A stretch of 64,000 bases of DNA from Vezdaea acicularis. Its lineage: Eukaryota. Below, piece after piece: positions 35,813 to 50,015 of the stretch. Below the pieces are notes generated by a model, which saw nothing but the letters and a program-made list of their open reading frames with translations, was not told where the DNA came from and did not search any database. Numbering within the stretch: the first letter of the stretch is position 1; the number at the start of each line of letters is the position of its first letter. The DNA lies in NCBI GenBank assembly GCA_026025075.1, contig JAPEUI010000002.1:1-64000 (forward strand), given 5' to 3'. A program made the translations under genes and the position numbers.

Positions 35813-36742
35813 ATGCGTCTTCGGTGCCTTCTCTTGACATTCACAAGCCTCGTATCTCTGAGCTCTACTTACAATCCGGACGAGGAGGCATGTTTTATCA
35901 TATTCTTGTTTCAATCGACCACCTTACTAACCACCGAATACACTACAGACCCCTTTGGTCCTTCCCGGCGATACGAGCCGACTTGCTGGACCACAGACCC
36001 CGTTGAGCCTGTCTGGTAGTACCAGTCGACCCGTACTCCCACAAGTCATCTCGAGCTACGCCGATGGCTATTGTGACTGCACCGGAGCGAATGATACCGG
36101 AAAAGATGGAAGAGCATATGTCTGCAGAGACCCACGCCTGGGTCCCAAACGGCTCCCACGGCGTCTACCACTCTTGAGTCTGGTGTCAGACTACGACCGC
36201 TTTGGAAACCTCACACCAGGTGACTTCCTCAAGAAATGGACTGCCAATGGCTACTATGTCTATCCTCCACAGAACGGCTTCCAGCTCAACACGGATGGCG
36301 CTCCGATTTTGGGTAACTTGACGCTTCAGGTTGGAACCAAGCTCGACCGATTCGGGAGCGAATATGGTTAGTAGCATCAAACTCGGAGCTTTTTAAAATG
36401 AATAGGCATTTTCATTGGTACAATCGACTAACCAACCGAAAAGGCTCGTACGTTAGCGCGGCAGACGCTCCATACGACCAGCGTGCTCTCCCGCCCGCCA
36501 GTCTAGACACAAACGCGGCCGCCCCTGATTTCCCCTTCAGCTACCACGTCTACACCGTGACCAAACCTTTGACAGTCCTTGGAGGGCCGATAGCCCCGTG
36601 GTTCGGCCAGCCAGGACTCGGCGCGCAATTCTACACCGGGTACACGGGAAATATCATGACTTTGATAAACCAGGGTTATATCGCAAAGGTTAATAAGACG
36701 AGGATTGCTCCGGGTCCGGGTCCTGAAAGACCATGTGGTTGA
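35813..36742 (+). CDS. Secreted TNT (DUF4237) domain NAD(P) glycohydrolase, fungal surface NADase-like (263 aa). Exons 35813..35887, 35949..36366, 36444..36742
   Basis: Signal peptide followed by CRDPRLGP, YDRFG, YPPQNGF, LDRFGSEYGSY, PYDQRALPP, YHVY and GPIAPWFGQPGLGAQF, the hallmark motifs of TNT-family NADases. Intron 1 is GC-AG. Confidence 0.9.
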
Positions 36743-37152
36743 TCTAAATCAAGCTGGATTCTCTGTCATGGCAGTCTAGATAGGATATATGCAGGCGCTG
36801 CAGTATCCTAAAGGCAAAGCGATGGCAATTGATACGGGTAGATCCTTGTCTTGTTTATAAAAGTACAGAACATCAGACACCTATCGCGATGAGAAGTTGA
36901 CATAATTTTTGGAAATCGTGTGGACCATCAATTCGCCCCGAGGCTCTAGAGCCACCCCCCCAACCCATCAGTACCCATTCATATCAAAGCCTTTAAAAAA
37001 ACCTCCATCACTGCCTTCTCAGTCAGCATCTACCCATGTACTCTGCTGCCCAAAATTTCTACCCTTGCCTACCCTCCCAATCCCACAATGCGTAAGTCCT
37101 GCTTCGCCTTGTTCAGGCAGGTATCGCCATCGTCTTAGGCGCTCTTTAGTCC

Positions 37153-39525
37153 CTAATTAATGCCAACAATAGCATCCGAAGCCGGAAACTTAGTTGCATA
37201 CTCCAAGACCAACTTCACCGCCGCCGCTGGATTTAGCGTCACATTCCACGAGACCTCGCCATGTTTCTTCAGCGTCGCGACCGCTTTCCCCCAATTGCCT
37301 GATTTGATGCCTTGACCGGCTCTTGCTCGGTCGCCCTCATTTTTCAAACCAACTGGGCTTAATATTGTCAATTTGAGCAGCTCGTCCTCGCTGACGGGCA
37401 CTTGATCTAGGACTAGAAGCTCGACTGGCTCTTTCTGAGATTTCGTGTTGGTGATGGAGATGACGCGGGTATAGACGACCGACTCCTCTTTGTTGAATAC
37501 GCCGCTGGAACTGCGGTGGACCGTGGGCTTGGCGTAGCTGACGTGGATGGCGGGGTCGATTCCTAGAGTCAGCGTGAACGTTTCGTCGGGGGAGGCGCGT
37601 GGGATGAAGGTATTTCCAAGGAATGTGCCGTCCAGTGTGAGGTTTGCTCGTCCGCGGAGTAAGGTCATGCCTGAAGAGTTCCGAATACTGGCTTTGAGAA
37701 AAGCTGCAGGACGCAATTTGGGGATGACGATATAGGAGAGGGTGATGGAACTCAATGAAACCTCAGCAATATTATGGCGGCGTGTAAGAAAGCTTGGTAC
37801 GAGTGTACGGTTGGTTGGAATGCTGTAGGTCGTCGTTAGACCGTAGTCTTCTCGCGAACTCTCCTGGAAAGCTAATGCTCCGGTAACTGTATCCGCGGAG
37901 AGGACCGAGGAGTGATCATCATCATCAGGTAATCCCATATTAGAAGAATCGGCAAGTTCCCTAGCGATATCGCTGTCAATCTCATCGCTTTCGACTCGAC
38001 GTCGAAGTCCCATATCCGCACTACTTCCAAACCCCTGACTCTGCCCGAATGCTCCAGTAGGCGCAGTCCCCGCGTTCGATCCAAAAAGCGAGCTTTGCTG
38101 AGGCGCTGGTGGTGCATTCAGTTGACTTTGATTCCACTGGTTAGGAGCTTGGAATAGATTAGAACGGGCGTTGTTCGTTGTGCTTGCCAAGCCTCGGTCA
38201 TTACGATACCACGGCTTTGCCTTGTTGCCAAACATGTCATTTCTGTAAGTTCTGCTGAGGGGTGCTTTAAGCTTCCGTCTTTCCTCCCTTTCATATTGAC
38301 TCTCTAAAGCACCATTCCAAGCGTCATCCCAAGTAGCTTGGTTGCTTGATGACCGGGAGGTCGCAGCTCTTTTTGATAGTCGGACGTGCCATGGGGCTAG
38401 AGTTGGAACCAACTTCGTAAATCCCGAGAAGGACGTTTGAGAAGTTGATAGCACAATTTTGGCATTTCGCCAAGCCTCAGAGGTGGTGTTCTTAAATTCA
38501 GCACGATACGCAAGTGTACCGGTCCGAGACGGAGTGGTGAGTTGAAGGTCGTAAGCGGGCCACCAGGAGGCCTCCAGGGTCACGTAAGAAAACGTTAAAG
38601 AGAGCGCAGACGCATCCTCCACTTTACTCTTCTGGTCAGATGAAGGGGATTTCCGCAGTTCTAGGGAGCTTCTCTGATTGATAGACGAGCTACTGTCCGA
38701 GGAAGGTTCGATACTTAAGACAACCTGATATACTTTCTTCGGCCAGAATGCCCATCGCTGCTCTTTTGCCGCACGTTTCTTGGCGGCTTGATCAGCCCTG
38801 ATCTTTGCCTTCTTGCGAGACTCCTTCGACTTCTCTTCCAAGGCCTTCTTCGCGGCCAAATCGCGAATTTTCTTGAGCTTGGCCACTTCTTTGGACTTTT
38901 CCTTGATTTCCTTCTTTATTTCCGATGTTTCCGTCACGCATGTCTTGTAGACTTGATACATCCTATTTCGCTCCTGAGAATATGTCTGCAAGTATTCGGT
39001 AACTTTCTTAGGCTCAGACTCCTCGGACTTAAAGGACCTTCCATATTGCTCTAAGACATCAAGCTGATATTTAGTCTTCTGCATCTCTTCCCCAGTGTCC
39101 GCCAGACGTCTATTCAACGCCTCGATTTGAGACATTACATCCTCTTCCTCCTGCCCAGGCTGGATCTCTTCATCTGTGTCTTCCTCGTCACTCGATTCGT
39201 CAGACTCTGAGCTATCAGATTCATCATCGTTGGGCACATATTCGACTGTCATTTCAGCGATAGAAGCTGTACCTTGGCCTTCGATTTGCAGCGAGTGCTC
39301 TTCTGTCGTTGGCGTTAAACCGTTAATAACAATCTCGTTTGCCCCAGGCTACGAGTAAATAATCAGTAAAAGGTTATAGGACGGTTTGCTCAGCTACATA
39401 TTTACCTTTAACAGGATATCGTCGATTCTGCGTACAACTGTTGCTGCATGAGGAGAAAACGTGACGGAGAGGGTTTCAAGGTCCTTAACCTGGTATTCGA
39501 GCTTGTTCACGCTAGATTCTGCCAT
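37153..39525 (-). CDS. DUF4140/DUF4139 (mucoidy-inhibitor MuiA-like) protein. Exons 39525..39406, 39348..37153
   Basis: N-terminal SVTFSPHAATVVR..PGANEIVINGL, a coiled coil, SYVTLEASWWPAYDL, NTTSEAW, LSTS, LLRGRA..LDGTFLG, LGIDPAI and DQVPVSEDE. Confidence 0.85.
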
Positions 39526-40702
39526 GCTTGCGGTGTTGGGTTGAACGTCTGTGTGAGAGTAATTCTTGTATCACCAGGCTAGAAAGCTAGGCATTCGCGG
39601 GCACCTTCAGCTGCAATGTGCAAAAACTGCACCAGGTAAAGGCTAAGCCTGGGTTTTTGGGAAAGCTGATCAGTCAGTTGTAAAATGTTTCTGCTCTCAT
39701 TGAATCAAGAACACTGTGGAAATGAGCGATTCTATATGGGCTTGAGAGCAGGCAGCAGTGTTCGGGGGGAGGCTGGAGCTGGGGAACCATGTAGCCATAG
39801 ACCGCACCCTACAGCGTGCGCTCCTCGGCACAAGCTCTGACTGGACTCATATTCCAAGTGCCATCAACTTAGGTCATAAACAAGGTTATCGCAAGCGATA
39901 GCAAATACGATAAGCTGTCCTAATCAGACCGCACGAAGAGAAATGGATAAATACTTTGGATTGGCAAAGGACTTTGAAAACCGTGGGGTCCTACTGCCGC
40001 GGTGTGCATATGAGCCATTCGTAGCGAGGTATCTATCTAGCAAAGATCCTCCAGTAGCTCGAGGATAAGATGTAACCCACTCGCAGGTTCGGTACTTGAA
40101 GCCCGGTACCTTGGCAAAAATAGAGAAGTCAGTGTATAGCGTAGCGTATGATGGAATACGTTAGTGAGTCGAGTGGAGAATTAGGCAGGGATATGTTCCC
40201 CCTTGATGTCTTAAAAAAGCTACATCACACTCGCTTCCCAATCGATCTCGTAATGACGGACCTAACGGGTTATAGCGGAGTTCGCCAGGTTCACTGCAGG
40301 AACCGTTTTTATATGAACGCCGCATGGTAGAAAGGTAAATCGCTGCATAAGGGACTCTTAAAGAGGACCGCGCTTCAGGATCTGAGCGCCGCCGTCAAGA
40401 GTCCACTGTGCTAAAGGTAGTCTGTCATAGGCCCGGAATTTGGAAATTGCCCACTGCATTTTCGGCAATAAGCTCGGACGGTTACACAATGACTTTGGCC
40501 GCACATGGTTAATGCAATGTGCCTTGCTCCCAGGCAACCTCTGGTCCAACCAGAAAACTACTCGCTTCGGAGCTCATCAATCTCTCAGCACCTTCCTTTC
40601 CCTTTACCCCTCCGCCAATGAACTTGCTTCCCTTCCTCTTGGAGATGTCCTCTTTCCTTCGCTGAGAACATCTCTTTTCTTGGTCTCTCATCAATACCTG
40701 CT

Positions 40703-43436
40703 ATGAGTTGGGAAAGTCCAACGCATGGGTAAGTGCGAATATATCTTTCTACGGCTGCTAGGCTTCAGCGCCTGCTACTTCCAAGTCGAAATTTACTACC
40801 TTCGCTCGCAAAATACTTATATTCTGACTTATGATTAGCCTAATAAAGACGGATCTACTACCCTACACTCCACGCTCAAACAACTCCCCAGTATCTGCTT
40901 GTGTAGACGACCAAGGCCCTACTCCCTCAAACTCGATCCCCGCTCAATTCTCGCCATCATGGGATCCGGAGGTATCTTCTCAGCATGAAGAGCATGGGAT
41001 CCATCATCCAGCGCCTTTACAATCGGTCCCGCTTCTTCAATCGAAAGATGATATACACAGCTTGACACTTCCGAAAGAGAATATTGAAGCGTGGGGGGCA
41101 TTAGCAACACATCATTCACCACCTGTGCATCTCAACCCACCGACTCTGATCACATCATCCGATCCAACCAGGCCGCCTCAGCAAGTCCAATCGTTATATT
41201 CTTTGTCAGCAGATGCCGGACATTCGGTCATCACAGCAAATCCAAGTGGTGCCCCTCCTCCGGGCAGCTTTGAGCGGAATAGAGCCCAAAGTCCACAAAC
41301 TACAGGGTCAATGCAGACCCCTCCTCCGACAGCTGCTTCAGCCGAGAAACGGAAAGGTAGACTGCCTCAAGAATCCACCATGTCTTTCTCCGAGACTATA
41401 CGAGCTATGGGATCCCCGGAGCAGCAGACACCGAAGACATTTACATCACCTGGAAACTTCCTGAGTGCTTCTCCCCACATGTTTGGTCCGTTTTCTTTAT
41501 CTCCTGCAACGGGAGACACATTCCAGTTTAGCTCCGCAGGACCTGCGACGGCACCTGTATATCCGCAAGAGAAACTCTTCTGGGACTCTAGTACATCATT
41601 TGGTGCTGGCCCGCTTGATCTCCGCGAAGGAGACGTAATGGACATCAACATGAATGATAGTACTCGCGAAGATTTTATGTTCGATTGGGGGCAAGACGGT
41701 ATCGGGGAGGCAGAAGTCATAAATTCCTTGATTGAATCTTCCCAGGTTGGACTCAGCCCTACTACTACCCATCAAGCTCAGACTGGATTCGACAAAGCGT
41801 CTGATGCCGCCATTCCATTTAAACACAAGCCTTCCTCACTGTCCAGGCCTGGATTGCTTCCTCGAGATCTTCCTACTTCATTTAATACATCGGGAAGTGT
41901 TGTGAACCCGACTCTGCTATTAAGCAACTCTAGTCCGGCGAAGAAATCTTTCAGGAATGAGACAGTACCCCAGCTACATCCCATCACCAAAACTGGCCAT
42001 TTCCAGCCATATCAACATCAAATTGAAGAATCGAAGCGCGAGCAAGAATTTGCAGAAGCTCGAAGAGCACGTCTTGTGCGTGTGCGTCGGAGTGGTGAAG
42101 GTCAACAGTTTCCTGGTGAGCGACTAAGAAAGGTAGGTAGGCCAGCTCTTCAACGCAGTGTAACAGACACAGCACCCAAAAGCGAGACAACTTTAGCTCA
42201 CGATCCGCGCACCTCTGGTTCGATATTTCAAATTAGACCGGATGGAAAAGCCACTGTCTCTCGCCTTGAAGGACGGCATTCACCAATCAGGAACCGTGGC
42301 AACGGCCTTGATAGTCTGAGCATCATACCTGAGGGGATGGCTGCCACCAAACGCACCGCAGTTACCTTCAAGATTGACGCTGATGGAAGGGCAAAAACAG
42401 AGGCGAGACTTCTCTCAGAAGACCAAGGTCCTGGTGAAGGCACTCCCACTAGAATGGAGGTGGATGAAGAATGGGATGATGCCGAGAGTGAATCCTCGAC
42501 AGACAGTGATCTCGACATCGCTGTTAGCCGGAAGACGTCTTTCAACTTTGGTCGGAATCCCTCCACGGAACTACAAACCGCAAAATACCCTCTTGACAAT
42601 TCCTTTGCTTCGAAACGTTTTTGGGACGCTAGTCACCATGAGTATAATGAGCCAAAATCAGGAACATCAAGTTACGGCTCTAGTCCTCGGTTGCCACAGA
42701 CGCAGAACGAACAGCGGAAGCATGCCCGACTTGCTTCAGTGTTAACCTCCAATGCTTCAGCAATCTCATCTACAGACCCAGACAGTGACGGTGAAACAAT
42801 TCTTGATGATGATGGGGTGCCAAGCGATGCCCAACTTGCGCTAAGACAGATGGTTGAGAAGCGGAAGCGCAAGAAAGGTAAAACTTTCTCCAATACCTAG
42901 GATTGTTCGATCTACTTACACTATAAGGCCCATCTGCTCGATCATATTCGGGTCGTAATTTTTCCTCATCTCATGAGAAGCTACCGCCTATAACCGGACG
43001 CTTCAATACCGCTCCAATCTATACAAGCTCCTTTCCTGTTCATACCACCACCGCTACAGACATATCGCCAACAACTGTGACAGACCCCGATTTGGCGACA
43101 CCGGTCAGTGAACGCGACAGCCAATTGAGCGAGAGTACACGCTGTATATGTAACGTGCCCGACAGTGGTGGTCATTTAATGATACAATGGTATATAACTC
43201 CCACCTGCTGCATCTATCCTTTAGCTTATTTTACAAGTGACTCCTGTGCCAAATGGCTCCATGTTAAATGCGTCGGTCTCAATAGAAGAAACTTACCTCC
43301 GGTATACGTATGCATCAATTGTACTGGCCAAACGCCTGCTGTGAGGGGCGGCCGCGTCCGCGAGCCAATGCGGTTCAACTCAGCAATGACCTCTTCTCCC
43401 CTTGCACGGAATTCACAGAAAGCGAGAAATGGCTGA
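40703..43436 (+). CDS. Low-complexity protein with a C-terminal PHD finger. Probable exons 40703..40728, 40839..42877, 42928..43189, 43238..43436 (first exon tentative)
   Basis: TRCIC..MIQCDSCAKWLHVKCVGL..PPVYVCINC after removal of a 48-nt intron. Introns are frame-consistent. Confidence 0.82.
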
Positions 43437-45018
43437 AATCTCAGCCTCCTCCACTTCCAAAGCTGCCAACCAAACCACGCCCGTGAAGCTCGTCGACGAT
43501 GCCAATACGGACTATCGGATAAGACTTGCAAGTTGATTAGGCATTTAAGCAGAACTAATTCTATTAACATCATCCACTGCTCCCGATAGCACTTCCTCTA
43601 GAATTGTTTATATACGTCTAAGATAGAGACACAGCGTCTCCGCATGCTACCTCACGCCCGATCGCCCTACGTTGCTGGAGTGAGAGATCATGGAACTCAT
43701 TAGTCTATTCCGGCGTTGTGCGATTCCGCATGGTACTTCTTGGTCGTCTCCAGCCTGCCGCAAGAACGAATATCCAACGACTCTGTGTTTCTAGGTATCA
43801 GGGGCTTACTCAGGATAGACTTTCCTTTTAATCAAAAACATTAACTCTTCGTGCTGGCAGGTCCAAATGCGAAAATAGGCTCATCTATTGCTTGTTCCTA
43901 CTAGCAATTGTCTGATGTAACACTCTATGTATATAATACTTTATAGATGGATCAAGAAAAAAGCCGAAGAGAATGTAGGAACAGGTCATCTTTGACGCCA
44001 ATGATGTCAAGTGCAGGTACCGGATGCGCTCAAAGCAGAGCCGCTTAATCAGCATTCTTTTGAGATTGGCTTAAGTAATGCCCACCATGCAGCCTCTTCT
44101 CCGCCGTCAGATTGTGGAGCTTGCATTTGCATCTGCATGAAGTTGCAGCATCAAAGATGTGTCCCAGCATTGTGTGTGGGCGCCGTTATACGGAATTGAC
44201 CAAAGAGACCTCGCGATTTTGAGTTTTCCTTCGGCCGATTGGCAATACCCCAGCGATTCCAAAGCGCCAGCTGACAAAGGATCTCCCTGATGATTATACG
44301 TTTGCAGGTCCCCGAGCCATCTCAAGGCTGATTAGCCAGGCAGAAAAAAAGAGAAAAAATCAAAGACTAGAAAGACCATTGCGATGTCCCCGAGTCAACG
44401 GCCCTTCAACCGCTCTCCCGGGTGGCTCTGACTGTGCTGATTGTCAGCGGAAGCGTTTTTTCTCACAGGCACAGCCGCACCTTGCTCCAGCTTGGCCCCC
44501 AAGCCGTTGCCCGTCGTTCCCGTGTCGCCCGCCATCGGGCTCGGACGGGCCTGACTCGCTTAAAAATGACGCTCCGGAGGTTTTTAATGCCGGTCGCACT
44601 AACGAGTCGCAACGTGCTTAACTAGACCCAACAGAGCGGCTCATGCTCCGAACCGCAAGCCTATTATCGAACAGACAACGATGGCCTGGCTCGTTCTCAG
44701 CCGTCACGCCCTTGACCACCTGGAGATACTCCGACCATTTTATTTATGGATTTGACATCATCAGCTTCCATGGACCGTCGTTGGGATCCCGAAATCCGAA
44801 GGGTTCGTGCAGCCTGTTCGTGCCCTAGACGGTGTTCATACTTGGACGCATCGGGGCGATCGCCACATTTCGTGGCAGGACTGCTTCACTGACCAAGCCC
44901 GTATAACTGCGGCAACCCTGCCCAGCGTTTCTCCAATAAAAGATTGCAGACTGAGCAGAGCTACCTTGACTTGCTTGCTTGAGATTTGTTTGTGGTTTAT
45001 CGCCACCAAACCCACTCA

Positions 45019-46839
45019 ATGCAAGCCTCTAGCTCTGGCCGGGCGTCGTCCATGCCTGGACCGGATGACCTTGAATTTCCAGGTGTCGTTCGGGGCCAAA
45101 ATTTCCCTGGTATTCCTGATGTGTTACCGCATGAGAAGGTATTTCCAATACAGATTGGATCGGAGTTGTTCAGGTTGTCTGGAGCATCTATCTCATCTGA
45201 CGGTATGTCTTACTCAACCATCAGTCTATCAGCGTTGAACTGATGATATGCTAGCGCCATCATACTTTTCGCAGTTCTTCGTGCGCGAGCTGCAGCAAAA
45301 CGAAGGAAATGGATCGGTGCGGACGCTATATATCGATCGAGATCCTGTAACCTTTCGAGACATCTCCATACACTTACAAGGTTAGGGGTGTTTACGGCCA
45401 TGCATATTAAGACTAGTTCTGATCGATAACCTAGGATATTACGTGCAGCCACGAGATAGTATTCACTTTGTTCGCCTGTTTGCTGATGCCCAATTCTATG
45501 GCTGTAGGTATCATATTCCATCTAGATTGTAGTTGTCATGCTTATCAAATCAGTACCAAGGCTCATTTCCCAGCTATTTGAAGCAGAAATATTCATCGAG
45601 ATCGGTCATAAACTATTCCAGATACCCCGTAACATATTTTCTTCGCCCGGAGACGAGCCAAATTACTTTTCTCTCGGCTTCGGTCATTTCTTCTCTACTC
45701 CAAACGATGTGTTTCCTGGCCTTGAGAAGACCGGTCTGCTTCGCCCACCTCCGGTCGTACCTCCAAGTGTACCAGGTCGCTCTGGTGACGTGTTCAGCGA
45801 CCTCATATACCTTCTAAGGGGGTACCCTTTACATGTTCGTGATGATGAGCACCGAGAAGCCCTGCTTCGGGACTGCAGATACTTTCACCTTCGTGGTCTA
45901 GAGCAGAAGCTCATCAGACACAACATAACTTTCAATCTCAAACGATCTCGTACCGAAATAACGCTCCGTTTGGAGGACGTCCGCCAGTCCGGGATCTCCT
46001 TCACACCTGATAGCAGCCCCTCTATGGGCGATCCCGGTGCTTTCGCATCTCCGCAAGGCGGTGGCTGGGTATCCTACTCGCGGCCCTTCGTCGACGAGAC
46101 CTCTCACGAGCTTGTTCTTGAGATTGGTGGTGAGAGCACAAGGGTCGACCTTCGCTCCATGCGGGCCGACTTCCATGGCCAGACGAAAGCTCGTGTGGCG
46201 AGTCTTTTCCAGGTAGTTGCGAACAAGATGAACCTGCCGACTACGCAGCCTCTAGGGTTGATCATGATGTCAGGTGGTGCCAACTCCCAGCCTCCAAGCC
46301 CCGCCAATACACCCCTTAGTGAGGATATGGTCAGAATCCGTCTCACGTCTGAAGCGCATATATTGGTAGATGGCGACGCATATTATACGACTGACCGAAG
46401 CGACGGCGCTGGAGAGAGCTTAGATGGAGAATATGAAGATCAGACTATGACCGGCGGGGCGGGTCCCTGGTCTGCCAGCGGAGGTCTAGGAGGGAACTCG
46501 TTCATAAGCGGCGGAGATGGCACGAACAGGGCAGCGACTCCAAGCAGCCGCAGCCTCGCAGGAAGCTCGCCGGGCACCAACCCACCGGCGCAACAGCAGC
46601 AAGGGGCAACGCCGATCCCCCGTATCGACACCTCACGACCACCACCTAAAAAAAGAAAGAGGCGAGGCAGCAACGGCTCAGAAGAAACCGAATGGATCGT
46701 CAGACGCGGTTTGTGGCGGCTACGGGTTCAGCCGTCTTCGGGCGCAAGGGGCGGTATGGAGATGGTGATGGTAGCGGTCAAGCTCGACGCGCTCACCGGC
46801 GAATTCGCACGGAATGCGAAGAGAGATTTCCTGACATAG
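45019..46839 (+). CDS. Tandem BTB/POZ (K-channel tetramerisation-type) protein, YLR108C/YDR132C-like. Exons 45019..45202, 45255..45380, 45435..45503, 45554..46839
   Basis: IQIGSELFRLSGASISSDAPSYF, LYIDRDP..HLQGY, LFADAQFY.LPRL, and a second BTB (GDEPNYF..LLRDCRYFHLRGLEQKL). Confidence 0.88.
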
Positions 46840-47732
46840 GTTTTGGCTCTCTCGAATTCGAGCGGAAAACGTCTATTTGCATTTAGCGTTCCCTTCGGTT
46901 CTGGTACGGCGTTGCTTCCTGAGTGTTGTTAGGCGATCTTTGGATGATGTGTTTTAAATTTTCAAGCTATATACATGGGTCCTCGTGCCATTATTCGTCT
47001 TCAGCCGGGATTTCTGGCGAATTATACTATTTATGGACGCTTACCCACGAAATGCGAAATATTTCATTCAATAAACACTGCCCTATCACACGAGCAATCT
47101 TCGATTATATGAGTAGCCTTTCATTTCATTGCCCACTTTCCCGTTGCATGACACGAGTCGGGTTACGCGAACGGTTTTCCCATTTCGTGAGTGGTTCTGC
47201 CAACACATGCGCAACCTCCCATTGTCAGAACTAACTCCAAACGCCCCGAGAAAAATGTCCCAGCTATGGGCTCCTGCTGGCTTAAGAAGGTAACATACTG
47301 AAATGTTGCCTTTTGTAGTATTTCCTTAATGGAGGTGATGACTGATGCGCCGGGGACTCATCAACTACTCATCTTAGCAAAGATCAATTACGTCTTTCTC
47401 GTCGTATGAACTATACTTTCTTATTAATCCTTATATCCCACCCTGAAGAATTTACAGTAGTCCGACTCTGGTATCTTCGTGGGGGCACTTGAGAAGCGAT
47501 CAACTTCTGGAAATTCACTGCAAGGCTGCTAAATGTCGCTCTTTTCTGGGAAGGCTGAAAAGCCACGAGTCGTAGCCTTGTTTATTAGTTGACCCACCAC
47601 GGCTCAACCAATGCTGCGATGCTCTGATCTCGTTATTCTTGAGATAAAGGTATCCTCTTCAAGAAGCTATCCAAAGATTTGAAGTCGTTCTGTCATTTGA
47701 CGAGCGTCCCGGTATCTCTCGTTGTCCCCATC

Positions 47733-48964
47733 ATGGGCTACTGTAATGGACACATAAAAGGTGATCCGGACATAGCTGGCCAAGGCGTAAGACAAACTAA
47801 ATGACGTTTTGAGCACTTAGAGTACTTAAGTAGATTAATGATCCTTAGGTCGTCTGGGCATTGTTTAGCAATGCTGCCATCGTCATTCTCCTTTCGTTCA
47901 TACTCTGGTATCATAATATTCGACGACCATCTGGTTTTGAGAATGACGACGACGCTCCTGTCTGGGTTCCGAAGCTCAAGCAAGTACTAGTCACCCTCGG
48001 TGACACGCAGCTAGTCAGTGCTTTGGCCATCATCATTGCCTCCCTTACCAACATCATGAAAGACGACGAAACGCCTCTTTATCACATCTTCATCGCCCGC
48101 GGTTTGGCCGATCTGAGTCTAACTGCACATGGCGCCGCAATCATTAATGTCTACCCCTCGCAGCATAACTGGGTCCTTCGTGGCTGTGTCATTACCGTGA
48201 TTATCGGCCTCTGGCAATGGTGGAGCTGGCTGGCGTTGAATCGCTTCGGACTTTGGAAAAGGCAGGTCCCGTATTGCTTCGAAAATACAAATATCGTACC
48301 AGGAGAATATGAGGACTGGATCCGTCTTAGTCTTATCTGGATGCCGGTCGGCTACATCTCTGTGTATATGAACATGTGGGGACATGGGAGAAAGCTCACA
48401 GATACGTATGAAGAGAAAATCCGCCGATGGCCAACGGATGTCTTTATTCTACTAAAAGGATGCATTCAGCACGTAAGATCATGCCGGCTACCTCAAGAGC
48501 TTTCTAAGCTCCTCTTCGCTGTAGGAGATACGGTAGTAGCATTGTTCGCTGCCATTGGCCTCCTCGTATTTCTCATATTCTCAGTCCTGTTCCCCTCAAG
48601 TCGCATCTTGAGCCCATTGCAGGCCTCGCTCTTCTTTGCCTGGAACCTCTACGACGTCTACACCGTCAGAAAGGCAAATGCGCAGATTGTGACTGCGAAC
48701 CCAGCGTACCGTGATGGACGTTCTTTTCAGAACAACGTGAATCCCGAACATGACTGGGGCTTTGGGCAGATCTTTCCTTTCGTGATGATCTTGCTTCCCA
48801 TCCTTGCCATCTTCGACACTGCATATGGTACGCTCCCTAAGATTATACCCACGGGAACTTGTACTAAACAATGGGCAGATTTGGATGCAATGGCAGTCAG
48901 ACTTCAGAAGAACCCAACCAAAAGCAACAGACTTTGGTACCAAACCGGCATCAAGTCTCATTGA
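47733..48964 (+). CDS. Fungal multi-pass membrane protein (N-terminal xPDIxGxGV, C-terminal WGFGQI family). Exons 47733..47786, 47849..48827, 48879..48964
   Basis: GDPDIAGQG|VVWA, LGDTQLVSALAI, YH and EHDWGFGQIFP motifs, with multiple hydrophobic segments. Confidence 0.78.
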
Positions 48965-50015
48965 TCTACGAGGAAATCAGAACGGCAGACAGTGCCAATC
49001 ATAAGGAATCATCCGGTCGTCATTCGTTCGAGGTGCTATACAATGAAGCGACGAAAGTCTGCGCGTATCGTGAACCTATGTTTGGAGAAAGGGGGCGTAT
49101 ATCGTTAAAGAATATCTCTTAAGAGCTCTAGCGGCTTTTCTGTTATCCGTCTCTTCCACTTGCGATATTCTGCTCCTTTCATCACATCAAACTCTTGGGG
49201 GCACATACTTTAGCAGCAAATCCCCGCCACTGGAATTAGCGCACCGTATCTGAAATCTGAGACCTCCCTTCCACCAGATCCCTTCCCTGCTTCTTCAATA
49301 TATACGCGAAACCCATCCTTCGTCCTTAGAAGAAAACATCCATTATCTGTCTGACTCACACTCTTTCCCCTCCGTCCCCTCTGCCTCATCGTGCTGCCCC
49401 CGCTCTACCCCTATTCTATTCACATCAGCGCGACCATCGCCAACCGCATTTCCCGGCCTTCCACGCAACAACCGCCCCTACTCCATCAGTTTCATAGGTG
49501 CTATTTCTCCCAACCTACGACCTGCCAGCCTCACTCTATGCAATTTGAGAGGAGTTCTGGCGTGGGGCGCGAGCTGGGGAGAGAAGGAGAGGAGGTGGGA
49601 TAGATGGGATGGATGGTATGTTTGTGTCGTGTAGAGCCAACAAAGACGGCCATGGTGATTTAACTTTTGGTGGGTCTGACGGTAGAAATGCAAGCTCATA
49701 TGTTGTCTAAGATATGTATGCGGGATTTGGGGTTTGATTTCATTGTGTGACTTAGGTACGCAGGAAGAGAGTTTTTTGTTTAAAAATAGTACCGCCTCAA
49801 GCTGCGCCGTAAGGAGAAAGTTATAGGAGTAAGGAAGCCCCTTCTCATGACGCCAGAGGGCGGAGAGAGAAGAAGAATCGCTAACGCAAGCCATGGCATA
49901 CGGAGCCAAAACCCGCACGTAGAGTCAGAACTTGGTGATGCATTCGTGATGCATTCGTGACGCTAAAAGGACAAGATTTATCCAACCAACCAAAAGAAAT
50001 GAATCCGACGCCGCT

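Noticed and set aside
49935..49960. 11-bp tandem duplication GTGATGCATTC x2.4
   Set aside because: Simple slippage duplication in a 3' flank; no sign of an element or target-site duplication.
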